Notes: a model not told the origin generated them from the letters alone. A stretch of DNA of 64,000 nucleotides from Macrostomum lignano (GCA_002269645.1 NIVC01001330.1:186001-250000), one strand, 5' to 3'; shown: positions 48,281-63,316, numbered from the stretch's first letter. Made by a program: numbers and translations.

Positions 48281-50774
48281 ATGTCCATTATTCCACCGAA
48301 TCAGAGCCTTGTCAAGTATGACAATCCTGTGCTTGTCAGCCGAAACACAGACAAGAAGACACCGAAGGTATGCAATGCAATATGCAACAAGTATTTGTTT
48401 GTGGTTTAGGAGATACTAAGAGATATCTTCGATACTTTTTCGATAAAAATTTTGAAATAAAATGAAGTTTTCTCAGGGAAAAATAGTTTGAACATAATTT
48501 AAAAATAACAAATAGCACGAAAGAGTTTTGTTTGTGGCATAGGAAGAAAGACAAGAATATATAATAATTTGCCTAAATTCATTCAGCCAGTCAGTCAGAA
48601 GTGGAAAAATTAAAATCTAATTAAGTAAGCAATAACTTGGATTTAAAAAACACAATTTAACCATCTAGAGATAACTCATTTTTAGCATAGTGGATGTCTA
48701 ACACTGCAGCTATCTTCATTGTTCTAAAACAAGTGGCATACTAAAATTGTTTGAAACTAAAAATGAATCAATAAATTAAATTGAATACAATAGCATGCTA
48801 GCTGCAAAGTTTAAATTTTATTGAGAAATTTCAGCTGGCTAGAAATTACTTAGATTTTCTTTACTGTTCTGTACAACTATACTGGTCCATTGCTTATAGT
48901 TTACTGCATTAGCTTGTCCTTTTCTTTTTAGAGCAAAGCTCTTAAGGTGACAGCGCAGCAGTCAGGCGAATCTGGCCCGGTTCCTTCTCCACCGCCAAAG
49001 GGAAAGCTGCCGCCAGTCGGGGGCAAGCCGTCGGAGCAGACTGAGGAGATTCTGAACTCCATCCTGCCGCCAAGGTAAAGCAAACCGCCCGTCAATAATT
49101 ATGAGAAAGTCGCTTTATTAGGGACAGAGCTTAGGGATAAACGCGTCTGGTTCTTGCCTGGTTCGATGTCTCGGGCTTGTGTGAATAGAAATTGGCTAGG
49201 GTTGTCGTCTTGCGATTCACACTCATGAAGGCCAACCCCCAAGGCACAGAAAAGGGGGGCCGTAGCCCAGCGGTCTAGCGCAGGCTCTGGTGTGCCAGCG
49301 ACCCAGGCTCGATTCCAAGTGCAGTCACATTAATTTGGGGCTGAACTGGAATCTCGGCTTGGCTCTGCTCGTGCAATTAACGCCTTTGAGAGCCAACCAC
49401 CCAAGGCGCAGTGAAGTGTACATGCCTAACGATAATATAAAGTTAGGGCCGCTGTACACTCCTGTGTGAGTGTGTGCCTGCGTACGTATCCGCGCGCTTG
49501 TGTGCCTGCTTAGAGGAGTCGGCGGAATGGGCAGCAATGCCTCTCGCCGGTTGTGTGCCTATGTCGCTTATAGTGCGCCAGGGTGCACACAACCACCCTG
49601 TTTCTAATAAAAAAGGCCCAGAAAGTGTACCAAGGACATTGTAATTCTCTTTATCAATCCAAACATAAAGTGCATCTACTTGAACTCTGCAGAGAGTGGA
49701 CCGAGAGCGGCCAGCTGTGGGTACAGCAGGTGTCCTCGACTCCGGCCACCCGTCTGGACGTGGTGAACCTCCAGGAGGAGCTGGACCGTCGCCTGCAGCA
49801 GCGCCAGGCCCGCGAGACCGGCATCTGTCCGGTGCGTCGCGAGCTCTACTCGCAGATCTTCGACGAGCTGATCCGCCAGGTGACCATCAATTGCGCCGAG
49901 CGCGGCCTCCTCCTGCTGCGAGTTCGCGACGAGATCCGCATGACGATCGCGGCCTACCAGACTCTGTACGAGTCCAGCGTGGCATTCGGCATGCGCAAGG
50001 CGCTGCAAGCTGAGCAGGGCAAGATGGACATGAAGCGTGAGATTGACGAGCTCAAGCAGGACAAGCAGGAGCTGGAGAAGCAGGTCAACGAGCTCAAGGC
50101 CAAGTGCGAGCAGATTGAGAAGCGGGCGGCCGAGCAGCGGCAGGTGGACGAGAAGAAGCATCAGGACGAGTTGCAGTTCCTGAAGAAGACCAACCAGCAG
50201 CTCAAGGTGAGGGCAGAGGGGAGTGGAGCAGCTCAAGTGGTAATCTAGTATCGCCAAAGCGTTTAAAAATCATAAGCAAAAATTCGCATTTAAAACCCAA
50301 GTGATCTGCAATGCATGTTGCTACTACTTCAAGTAGTATTAGTGCGACTTTTTTGACTATTTTTGTTCTACTAGCCCACGTAATGTGTCTTCTAAAGCTA
50401 TATTTACATTAAAAATCAACTGACAAAATCTCAGATCATTCTAGGAAGACATGAAAAGGAGGCGGAGGTAAAGCTTGGCTTATTCTGTCACAGACAACAA
50501 AATGCTAATCTGTTTTTTATCTTCACAGATTTCAGAGACAAAAAATATCCATAACTAGGATTTTTTCCTTTAATATTTCGAATGGTACTCGTAAATTTCC
50601 TACAATCACAGCTGCAAACAGCTTGTGCTCAAAATTGCGATCAACAGCAGATGTCATCATTTTTTCCTTCAAGCAATATTGAATTTCGCCAGCACCAACT
50701 CTAAAGAAGCCGCTACTCCCCTGTTCTCAACATTTCAGAACCAGCTGGAAGGCATCATCGCCCCGAAGAAGTGA
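48281..50774 (+). CDS. DNALI1: Axonemal dynein light intermediate polypeptide 1 (p28), 4 exons, 259 aa
   Basis: Exons 48281-48367, 48932-49074, 49693-50206 and 50739-50774. MSIIPPNQSLVKYDNPVLVS, EEILNSILPPREW...QQVSSTPATRLDV...RQARETGICPVRRELY, ending QLEGIIAPKK*. Confidence 0.95.
49254..49614 (+). mobile_element. tRNA-derived SINE, family 1, copy B (DNALI1 intron 2)
   Basis: Same A/B boxes and body as the copy at 29266-29640; AATAAAAAA tail. Confidence 0.82.
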
Positions 50775-51802
50775 GAAGGTTCTCAAACCGAACCGATCTG
50801 ACTCTACAGTGCTGCTCGTTAAATATTTTGTTATTTTGCGTTCAACTTTTTTTTACCTGTCTGAGTTATACTTTGGATTATCCGCCCCCCTCTCTGATAC
50901 TCTCTAATTAACCTGAAGCACCCTGCAGTGTCTCATTGGTGTAATTTATAAATCAAACTGTTATAAAAAACCTACAGAGAAATTCTCAGTACAACTGCCA
51001 GCTAAAGAATCGTAGCTACTGACTAAGGGGTAAAATTAATATTATTGTTGAATAACAATAAACTGTGATAGCAAAAGCTTGTGCTGGATTTTAGGCTTCT
51101 GCAGCAAGCCAACAGTGCTGGTTTAGACTTAGTTGATTTTTTCTAATTCTCATTCTAAGAATCAGTCACTGCACTGGCATTCATAATGAGCAACTCAACA
51201 ACAACAATGACACAATTTCCATTAGAACTTTCCAGTCCAACTCACTGCGCAACCCGCGATGCTTTTGCTTCAGAAGCAGCACAATTCTCCTGCATGAAGC
51301 TTTCCAGGATCAGGCTCAGCTCTCTACCCCCTATCGCCGGCTTGAGTCTCCCCTTACACCCACCCCCCCCCCCCCCCAGTAGGACAGCTGCCTCAGTCAC
51401 GCCACCTTTCTTGGCCATAGCTGTTTCTTAGAAAAAGGCACAAAAAGGCATACACACACAGAGAGAAAGCATGCAGAATGTCCGCTAAGCGCTCTTGCAT
51501 GGTCGGAAAAGGAAAATCACACTGAAAGTGGATATCCTTTGGAACGGCCTGTAGGCTCTCTGTAATTTTGAGCAGAGAGAAACTGCTGAGCTATTATTAA
51601 TTGTATCATAATTATTAGTTGCTGAAGGCAAGCTGACAAAAAAACCAGTTCAGGGGACTGCAATTTGCAGTGAAGGCAGGGGAGGCTGCTTGGAAAAGTA
51701 TCTCACCTGTGATTTGGACTTTGATAATGACTGTCAAGAGGTACCGCGGCTGCTTGACTGTGTGGGTGGATCTTCTTGTGACCTGCGTGTCATTTTATGT
51801 TC

Positions 51803-52155
<353 letters not shown>

Positions 52156-52669
52156 TAGTGTCTGTCTGTATTAATGTCAATCTGTCTGTTTGTCCACAAA
52201 AAACGGAGCAACCTTCAACTCAGCCCCAAAATCAAATTTGTGTACTTTTAAATAAATCATTGAATTTCAAGTGACGCCAGCATCCTTGCTGAAGGCCCAC
52301 AGAAGCCGCGCTGCTACGCCAAGTGAAGCAGTCCAGACTTTTTTAAACTCCACTTAAACTTTTACAGCTTCCCCACTTCATGCAAGACGCATTGGCGCCA
52401 TCAGCCAGCAATTAAACAAATTCATTTTGAGCTTCATCACATCTGGTGACCAAATTGTAATTTCAAATAGAAAAAATATAAACCGGTACAGCAATTTCCT
52501 GAATTCTCAGTTGTAGCTAAGGGATCAATGAAAAACATTTTCTGGAGAAAATGGAAGTTAAAGAGAGGTCACCACAGCACAATTTGTTTGCAGAGTGTGC
52601 AGGTGCCTGTGCACCCAACACATGTGATTGCAACTTGTGGGTTAAAAGACCTAAAAGGATAGATTGGCT

Positions 52670-53500
<831 letters not shown>

Positions 53501-53984
53501 ATGTCTCCGCCCCAGCCTGCCGCAGCCAATTGAACAGTTTCCCATGCTCTGCCGGACTCCAATTAGATTCCCCAGCCTGCCTGGCAACTATATTTAGCAG
53601 CCTGGCCCAGCCGGCAGTGTCGGCACGCCCCCCGATCGCCCCATCGCTTATTTTCGAGCTGATCTTCGAATCGCAGCCCAGACGAGCTTATTCTGACTGG
53701 GGGTGAGTTTGTTTATCTGCTGCCTTTCCTACAAGTTCATCTGATTCCCGATTGAACCTGTTTACACCATGACTGGCTGTTTACTTGGTAGTTGCGCGCC
53801 TGTCTCGGATGCACTTTCATTTTTGGAGCCAGATTGTAGCAATTGAAACTTCGGTGCAAAGTTTTACTGAAAAATCCAGTATTGGACTTTGAAAAAAGGA
53901 AATTTAGATAGAAATATCCACATCAAATAATATCACAAACAATGAGATAGATTTAGAGGGTCCTAGTAGATCCATGGGACACTG

Positions 53985-55440
53985 ATAGAATTATGAGTTT
54001 CTGATAGATTTATGAGATTCTGATAGATTCAAGAGATTCTGATAGATTTATGAGATTCTGATAGATTTATGAGATTCTGATAGTTTCATGAGATTCTGAT
54101 AGAATTATGAGGTTCTGATAGATTCATGAGATTCTGATAGTTTCATGAGATTCTGATAGAATTATGAGGTTCTGATAGATTCAAGAGATTCTGATAGAAT
54201 TATGAGGTTCTGATAGATTCAAGAGATTCTGATAGATTTATGAGGTTCTGATAGATTCATGAGATTCTGATAGATTTATGAGATTCTGATAGAATTATGA
54301 GGTTCTGATAGATTCAAGAGATTCTGATAGATTTATGAGGTTCTGATAGATTCATGAGATTCTGATAGATTCATGAGATTCTGATAGAATTATGAGGTTC
54401 TGATAGATTCAAGAGATTCTGATAGAATTATGAGGTTCTGATAGATTCATGAGATTCTGATAGATTCATGAGATTCTGATAGTTTCATGAGATTCTGATA
54501 GAATTATGAGGTTCTGATAGATTCAAGAGATTCTGATAGAATTATGAGGTTCTGATAGATTCATGAGATTCTGATAGATTTATGAGATTCTGATGATTCA
54601 TGAGATTCTGATAGTTTCATGAGATTCTGATAGAATTATGAGGTTCTGATAGATTCATAAGATTCTGATAGATTTATGAGATTCTGATAGAATTATGAGA
54701 TTCTGATAGATTCAAGAGATTCTGATAGAATTATGAGGTTCTGATAGGTTCATGAGATTCTGATAGATTTATGAGATTCTGATAGAATTATGAGGTTCTG
54801 ATAGATTCAAGAGATTCTGATAGAATTATGAGGTTCTGATAGATTCATGAGATTCTGATAGAATTATGAGGTTCTGATAGATTCATGAGATTCTGATAGA
54901 ATTATGAGGTTCTGATAGATTTATGAGATTCTGATAGATTCATGAGATTCTGATAGATTTATGAGATTCTGATAGATTCATGAGATTCTAATAGATTCAT
55001 GAGATTCTGATAGATTCATGAGCTTCTGAAAGATTCATGAGATTCTGATGGATTCATGAGATTCTGATAGAATTATGAGATTCTGACAGATTCATGAGCT
55101 TCTGAAAGATTCATGAGCTTCTAATAGATTCATGAGATTCTGATAGATTCATGAGATTCTGATAGATTCATGAGCTTCTGATAGATTCATGAGCTTCTGA
55201 CGGATTCATGAGATTCTGATAGAATTATGAGATTCTGACAGATTCATGAGCTTCTGAAAGATTCATGAGATTCTAATAGATTCATGAGATTCTAATAGAT
55301 TCATGAGCTTCTGATAGATTCATGAGATTCTGATAGATTCATGAGATTCTGACAGATTCATGAGATTCTGATAGATTCATGAGATTCTGATAGATTCATG
55401 AGATTCTGATAGATCAATTTGAGATTCTGATAGATATATG
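53985..55440. repeat. 19-bp minisatellite (TTCTGATAGATTCATGAGA), about 1.45 kb
   Basis: Direct inspection. Confidence 0.95.
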
Positions 55441-56404
55441 AGTTTCTTATTTGGGGAATCAACTCAAATCAGCATAAAAAGTCCCTTTATCATGTAGCAG
55501 TTTAAACGAGCTCAATAATTAATAAACATTAATCACACTGCAGTTATCCAATGACGACACAAATATTCTAAATATAGCAGTGCCAATATATTGGATTAGT
55601 CAAACCCCGGGGCCACGTACCCAGCCAGACAGAAGCCTTAGATCGAAGAGAAAGTACACCAACAAGATTCCGTTTTGTGCCAGATTTGCCCGATTAATAA
55701 GGCAGATCTGGATTTGCAGAAACTTCGCACAAGGAGCCTTCGGGGTGTGGGTTGGCGAAGGGTGGGGGTCAGTTGCCATGGGGTCGGGAAGGGCTTTGGG
55801 GCCGATTCTCACAATAAATACGAGTATGCAGTGCCCTCGATTCGGTCTGAGATCGAATCTCCTATTCCGATGTCGAGGTGACGGGGGCCTCTCTACCTAG
55901 GATCTCTCTCTCTCCCCCTCTACCCGCCTCTCGCATGCATGCATAATGATACCGGGATGAAGGGGAAGCGGAGGGCAAGTCGAAATTTTCCGTCAATTTC
56001 GCATCGACTCAAAAAAACCACCAGGAATGAGCAGGGTGGGGCTGCATGGGTCTGCCTAGGAACACGCGCTCTCTGGACGAACGAGTAGAGTTCCTGCCCC
56101 CCCCCCCTGTGTTCCTCTCTCTGGCATCTGGGTCCCAGCGCAGTCAGTTGAGCGATCAAAGTGGTGCGGCAGCTCGGGTCCGGCTGAGCTGATACGGCAG
56201 CTGAGCTGGGATAGAGAAAATGAGAATTTTATTATTAAATATCATGCACTCAGATGACGGTTTTGAGGGCCTGTGGTGAGTCAACTGGCAATTAAATTGG
56301 CCCAAATGGCATCTAATCTTTTACTTAAACTTGTCTTAGGCTTCACTTAAAAGAGATGATTAGAGATAGAGATTAGAGAGGTACAGGAGTGGATAGGTAC
56401 AGAG

Positions 56405-57170
56405 GGGTAAAAAGTAGAGATCTAGAGAGGTAGAGAGGAAAAGAGATAGAGAGGTAGAGGGGTAAAGAAGTAGAGTGGTAGAGAGGTAGAGAAGTAGAGA
56501 GGTAGAGAGGTAGAGAGGTAGAGAAGTAGAGAGGTAGAGAGGTAGAGAGGTAGAAAGGTAGAGAGGTAGAGAGGTAGAGAGGTAGAGAAGTAGAGTGGTA
56601 GAGAAGTAGAGAGGTAGAGAAGTAGAGAGGTAGAGAGGTAGATAAGTAGAGTGGTAGAGAAGTAGAGAAGTAGAGAGGTAGAGAAGTAGAGTGGTAGAGA
56701 AGTAGAGAGGTAGAGAAGTAGAGAGGTAGAGAGGTAGAGAAGTAGAGAGGTAGAGAAGTAGAGAGGTAGAGTGGTAGAGAAGTAGAGAGGTAGAGAGGTA
56801 GAGAAGTAGAGAAGTAGAGAAGTAGAGAAGTAGAGAGGTAGAGAAGTAGAGAGGTAGAGAGGTAGAGAAGTAGAGAAGTAGAGAAGTAGAGAAGTAGAGA
56901 GGTAGAGAAGTAGAGAGGTAGAGAAGTAGAGAAGTAGAGAGGTAGAGAAGTAGAGAAGTAGAGAAGTAGAGAGGTAGAGAAGTAGAGAGGTAGAGAGGTA
57001 GAGAGGTAGAGAGGTAGAGAGGTAGAGAGGTAGAGAGGTAGAGAGGTAGAGAGGTAGAGAGGTAGAGAGGTAGAGAAGTAGAGTGGTAGAGAAGTAGAGA
57101 GGTAGAGAGGTAGAGAGGTAGAGAGGTAGAGAGGTAGAGAGGTAGAGAGGTAGAGAGGTAGAGAGGTATA
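56405..57170. repeat. 8-bp repeat (AGAGGTAG/AGAAGTAG)
   Basis: Direct inspection. Confidence 0.95.
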
Positions 57171-57764
57171 AAGGTAGATGCTGTGGCCCATGGCAGACTG
57201 CAGTCCCCGAGCCCCCAGTGCCATTCCGAGTCTCGGGTGGCACATGCGGCCCGAATTACTTGAAATTGAGCTGCATCCCTGTGAGATGATGATGATGAGT
57301 CCTCAGCCCAGCCCAGCTCGCCATCTGTGCCATTCTCCAGCTCTACTCCTACCTGAAAGATTAGCCTAAGCAGCCTAAAACTCCCCCCCTTTTCCATCGC
57401 ACGAAAGTAAAATGACACTTCGCTTTTTTGTGCTCTGCAGAAAGTCTTTTTTTCGGGTTTCTTTTCTGATCTGCTGCTCCCCTCTTGTGCTCGAAGGCTC
57501 CGACTCAAATGCCTCCCCATAGGAGGCTGGGGCAGCCACCCCAAACCCTCTGATCCCTGCTCCTGACTTGCTGCGCCCGCGTCTGTCTGCTTTTTCTCGG
57601 GCAATCAGACTAATGGGGCGCCGGCAGCTGACTCCAGTTGCAGCAGATTAGCCTGAAACCCCCCCCCCCGGAGGGCATCTTTATTCGGCTATGAAGAAAA
57701 ACTGCTTTGCTTGCTTCCTTAGACTAGCAGACTCGATTGTGCTCAAAGTTGAGTTTCGAAAACA

Positions 57765-58200
57765 TGATGTACACCTGACACACTGTACAACCTGATGTAC
57801 ACCTGACACACTGTACAACCTGATGTACACCTGACACACTGTACAACCTGATGTACACCTGACACACTGTACAAACTGATGTACACCCGACACACTGTAC
57901 AAACTGATGTACACCCGACACACTGTACAAACTGATGTACACCCGACACACTGCATCACCTGATGTACACCTGACATATTGCATCACCTGATGTACACCT
58001 GACATATTGCATCACCTGATGTACACCTGACATACTGCATCACCTGATGTACACCTGACACACTGCACCACCTAGCTGATGCACACCTGACACACTGCAT
58101 CACCTGATGTACACCTGACACACTGCATCACCTGATGTACACCTGACACACTGCATCACGTTATGTACACCTGACAAACTGCACCGACTGATATACACCT
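57765..58200. repeat. 28-bp minisatellite (TGATGTACACCTGACACACTGTACAACC)
   Basis: Direct inspection. Confidence 0.93.
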
Positions 58201-58819
58201 AACCTACTCCACCTTGATAAACAAGGCTAATCAATTCATCAACTGCATGCTCCATCAGCCCTACTGTCCGCTGCTACCTGTGTCTGGCAGCATAATAACC
58301 ACAAGCTCTCATAATTACGAGTCTTCAGTGAGCCAAGGGTTGTAATTAAGTGTAAAAAAGCCGCTACATCAAGGCAACGAAATTCGAGCTTCGTGCTCAG
58401 GGCTTAGACTCTGGCTCGAGCTGAATTCGAGTAGCTGGCATGAGATTGAGCAGTCGGAGATTCCAGAGGAAAATGGGAACGAAGAAAAACAAACTTCCGT
58501 ATGGGATGGTTAATTATAATCCCCTGGCTAGTCCTAATCTTTGTAAATTTGTCTAATCCAATGTGATGCTGCGCAGTGGCCCATGACAAATATTTTCAAG
58601 TTAGAGCACCAGAATTACTCGTATGGTAATTCTTTCGTAAGGTCAGGTCTATTCTGTGTCGCCTATTGATGTGAATATTTACACAAAATCAAAATTCACA
58701 AACTCGAAAATTTCACAACAATAAAAGCAAATATTCTGCGATTGTATTAAAAAAAATTCATTATTAGATAAATTTTATGTCGCAATAAAACTGGGTTACC
58801 CATAGTTCTTCAACCAGAA

Positions 58820-59148
58820 GGGGCCAGCATTAGTAGTAGCCTAGTGGTTAGAGCGTCGGACTCAAGACTTGAAGGTCGGGGGTTCGATTCCCGATCCCAC
58901 TGGAACAATTTGTGTCATTGAGCAAGGCACTGGAACTCTGTATTGCTTCAGTTCACCCAGGTGTAAAATGGGTGCCATGCAGCATTAGCTGCGGTAATTG
59001 AGGGTGTGTGTGGCGACCCCCCCCCCCCAGTCCTTGGACTGAACAGCCGTACGCAGCCTTCAGATGCGCCGCGCAATAGCTGCGGCTGAGTTGTCGGTTG
59101 CACATCTGCCCATTGGGGCAAGCGTTATCAATTATTATTATTATTATT
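58820..59148 (+). mobile_element. tRNA-headed CORE-type SINE (family 2) with an (ATT)n tail
   Basis: A box GTAGCCTAGTGG, B box GGTTCGATTCC; the central TGTGTCATTGAGCAAGGCACT...TGCTTCAGTTCACCCAGGTGTAAAATGGG aligns by eye with the MIR CORE consensus. Confidence 0.78.
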
Positions 59149-59634
59149 CAACAATAAAAAAACTTCATTCTGGAAGTTGCTATACTCCCGAAAGCTAAAA
59201 CTGAAGCCTCCAATCCATCGGTATTATTAAAAAGGTCCATGGTTTAGAATTTTCGACAGGACTATCTGTAGACTATCAGAAATATCGCAGGACGCAAGGT
59301 TTCCCCCATATTTTTGGCTTGGTAGCAAAGTTCGTGCTTACAATTCGATAGAGAAAGAGTACTGGAAAAGTACACTGGCTTTGTCAGCCCCAGCAACCGC
59401 ATCTCCTGTCCTTGGCATTTTCGTGTCTGGCTCTGAGTCTGTCTGTCCCTAGAGAGCGGCTTTTGATCAGGAGAGACTTTCTCCAGTTGTCTGCAGCAGC
59501 AGCAGCCGTAGAATACTCGGGATGATATGAAATATGAAATATGAAATATGAAATACAGAATTAGCTTTAGCTTTCATGCAGGGCAGCTGCAGAGTGCTTC
59601 CAGTCTGCATTGGGTGCGTGCTGGACTGGTACAC

Positions 59635-60783
59635 AAGGACACCAAACTCAGGGACACCAAACTCAGGGATACACAACTCAGGGACGCCAAACTCAGGGAT
59701 ACCCAACTCAGGGACACCAAACTCAGGAATACCCAACTCAGGGACACCAAACTCAGGGACGCCAAACTCAGGGATACCCAACTCAGGGACACCAAACTCA
59801 GGGACACCCAACTCAGGATATAAGGACACCCAAATCAGGATAAGGACACCCAAATCAGGATAAGGACATCCAACTCAGGATAAGGACATCCAACTCAGGA
59901 TAAGGACACCCAACTCAGGATAAGGACACCCAAATCAGGATAAGGACACCCAACTCAGGATAAGGACACCCAACTCAGGATAAGGACACCCAAATCAGGA
60001 TTAGGACACCCAAATCAGGATAAGGACACCCAACTCAGGATAAGGACACCCAACTCAGGATAAGGACACCCAACTCAGGATAAGGACACCCAACTCAGGA
60101 TAAGGACACCCAAATCAGGATAAGGACACCCAACTCAGGATAAGGACACCCAACTCAGGATAAGGACACCCAACTCAGGATAAGGACACCCAAATCAGGA
60201 TAAGGACACCCAACTCAGGATAAGGACACCCAACTCAGGATAAGGACACCCAACTCAGGATAAGGACACCCAACTCAGGATAAGGACACCCAAATCAGGA
60301 TAAGGACACCCAACTCAGGATAAGGACACCCAACTCAGGATAAGGACACCCAACTCAGGATTAGGACACCCAACTCAGGATAAGGACACCCAACTCAGGA
60401 TTAGGACACCCAACTCAGGATAAGGACACCCAACTCAGGATAAGGACACCCAAATTCAGGATAAGGACACCCAACTCAGGATAAGGACACCCAACTCAGG
60501 ATAAGGACACCCAACTCAGGATAAGGACACCCAAATTCAGGATAAGGACACCCAACTCAGGATAAGGACACCCAAATTCAGGATAAGGACACCCAACTCA
60601 GGATAAGGACACCCAAATTCAGGATAAGGACACCCAAATTCAGGATAAGGACACCCAAATTCAGGATAAGGACACCCAATTCAGGATAAGGACACCCAAA
60701 TTCAGGATAAGGACACCCAATTCAGGATAAGGACACCCAACTCAGGATAAGGACACCCAACTCAGGGGCAACCAAACTCAGGA
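59635..60783. repeat. 20-bp minisatellite (GGACACCCAACTCAGGATAA) with 18- and 21-bp variants
   Basis: Direct inspection. Confidence 0.95.
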
Positions 60784-61873
60784 CAAAAACCTATAAAACA
60801 CTTACTTTTATAAATTTTTGCCATTTCATCGAAGCAAGTGTCTGAAGTTGAAATATAAAAAAACAGCCTACAATCATCTGATACTACTGAAATTGATACA
60901 GTAGTAGTACAACTAGATTCTATAGAACGAGAAAAATTCGCAAAATGTTTTGGTAAAACTGTGGCTTATAGAACCCCCTATTTCTCCCTATCTCACTCAT
61001 TCTGCATGTTTGCCAGAAACAGACAGGTCACGATTTATTGCCCAGAACTCACGCGCTATCAAAGCACACAGCAGGCCCCTGATCAAATAAGTGCTCAGAT
61101 TGAAGGCTTTATTGCCTCGGCAGTTTGGGATTATGCTTGCAAACGTTTTGGTTTGAGTGCACCTGTCTCTCTCCCTCCTGCAGGCCAGTTGTCGAGTGCA
61201 TTAATTAATTTTTGTACCTGGCATTGGCCTTGGGTTGGGGCAAATCAAATATCTGCTGGAGTGGTTGACAAGACAGCTGAACTGCTGGCTGCTGAGATAA
61301 AAAGCAAATTGAGCTGAATTGAGAGACCCTCTGAGCAGAGGAAAGGCTGCATCTGTCAGGCTGTGTCAGGCCATCCCTATCGCTCTGAAAATAATCCCAA
61401 TTGTTTTTTTTTCTCTAAAGCGCCGGCTTCAAAGGCTGACGAAAATTGGGACTTAACGATGCAAAAATAAATGGCATAACTGCATTTTACTCAGAAGCCA
61501 GGGAGCTCGGCAAAGCACAACTTGGACTGGAAATAATAATTGAAATTTTCTTGACACCTCTTACAAGCTTAATTCTGAATTTTAAAGGACTCGTTTCAAA
61601 ACCATTTTTATAGAATTTCGTGACCACATGACCCGTGAACCAATTTATAAATTGTTCAAAATTGTTGATGGGTTTGAAGCAAGCTTTGAGAATAAAAAAA
61701 TTTTAAATCAAGACTGAAACCGACTGGTGGAGAGTGGAGAATTAAGCCCTAAAGGCGTCGGGTTTGACGAAACGCGTTCTTTCGTCAAAAGAAAGCGTTT
61801 CGTCAGCGTTCTTCTTCGCGTCCAGATACCCTTAATCCTAAACCTAGGAGTAGTAGTCCTTGGCTGGGATACG

Positions 61874-63316
61874 ATGAGCATGAACTCTGCTTTCAATTCT
61901 CTACCCCTCTATGCCTATCCAGCGATCTGCAGACCCTCAGCCAGTGAGCCAGTCAGCCAACCCACGCACATGTCAGCCCTCTGGCCCGGCACGGCCCCCG
62001 GGCCCGCCAATCTGCTAACGCCGCCGCCACCGCCGCAGCAGCAGCAGCAGCAAACTGGCGAGGAGGAGACGCTGCCGCGCAGGCAGATAAAACTGGCGCC
62101 CCTGGTCATTGTACAGCAGCAGCCGCCGCAGCACATTCTGCCAGAGGTTCGCCTTCCGCCCGCAGTACCGCCGCAGCTGCCGCCGCCGCCGTCGCTGCCG
62201 CCGCCGCAGTCGAGTCTCAGACAGTCGATCCGGAGCCAAGCAGCCGCATCCAAGCAGTGCCGCGGCTGCACCTGCTGCCAATGCAAGTGCCGCCTGATCC
62301 GGCCCAGAGCGCAGCAACGCACGGCCGGCAAGTCGGCTTCCATGGAAGTATTGCTGGAGGAGAATCCAACTGAAGCGCACGATTTCTCCTACCTGGGCGG
62401 AGCCGAGCTCACGGCTGCGATGTCCTTCGATCGGGGCGCCGCCGCTGCAGCAGCAGCCGCCAGCGGAACAGGGGGAGTCGCTGCCTCGGCTGCCAACAGG
62501 GCGGGCAGCGGGGGCGTCATCATTGCCGGTGGCGGCGGGGGCGCTCCCGGGGTGCCGATCTCCTCCTCGGGCGATCTCCGCCAGTACCGGCACCAGCAGC
62601 AGCGACTCGGAGCTCTGACTCGGACGCCGCGTCAGCGCAGTGTCACTGCCGAGTGCAGCTCCATCAAGCCCGGCGACCGACTGGAAGAGGACGACGCCCT
62701 GATGGGTCACCGAAGGCACAGCGACACAATGATCAACGAGACTGGTGCTGGGGAGCATCATCACCACCACCATCATCATCACCACCACTGCTGCGCCAGG
62801 CGGACCGAGCGCTCCTCGGACGCTTCCCGCAGTCGAAGCGGTCTGACAGACGTCGGCGCTGACTTTATGCGAGTCAACGGCGCCATCTCGGGCTTCAGGC
62901 AGCTAAAGAGAGTCCAGGCGCTGTCCAGCCGAGGCTCCTCATGCGAGGAGGACAGCCGCACCAAGCAGCCGCAGCAGCAGCAGCAGCTGCAGCATCAGTC
63001 ATCAACGTCGCACCAGTCGCAGCACCTGCTGCAGCAGCAGGCATCGCAGCAGTCACAGCAGCTGCAGCCAGATCCCGATGCTGGCGCTTCGCTGATTGGC
63101 CACGCCGCTGGGAATGACTACCTGCAGGGCGACGCGACTACCGGGATGAGCCAGTCGCCCAGCCACAGCCGCAACGTTGGCTACAGACTGGGCCGGCGAC
63201 GGCAGCTGTACGAGAAGCGGAAGCGACTGTCCGACTACGCCCTGGCATTCGGCATGTTCGGCATCGTCATCATGATTATTGAGACCGAACTCACGATGGC
63301 TAAGCAGTACACCAAG
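61874..63316 (+). CDS. KCNN: Small-conductance Ca2+-activated K+ channel (SK/KCNN family), first coding exon; the gene continues beyond the window
   Basis: [40 protein letters not shown] (SK pre-S1/S1 signature) ending at donor AAG|GT at 63316/63317; the start ATG is uncertain. Confidence 0.88.

Noticed and set aside
53560-53710. Possible non-coding first exon of KCNN (CCAAT/GC-rich region, donor GG|GTGAGT near 53703)
   Set aside because: Plausible but unsupported without transcript data.
58835-58910. Stand-alone tRNA gene (CAA anticodon)
   Set aside because: The acceptor and anticodon stems pair poorly, there is no long Leu variable arm, and it runs directly into a CORE domain and (ATT)n tail, so it is a SINE head.
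60961-61317. 118-aa ORF upstream of KCNN
   Set aside because: Non-ATG start, no recognisable motif and no splice support.
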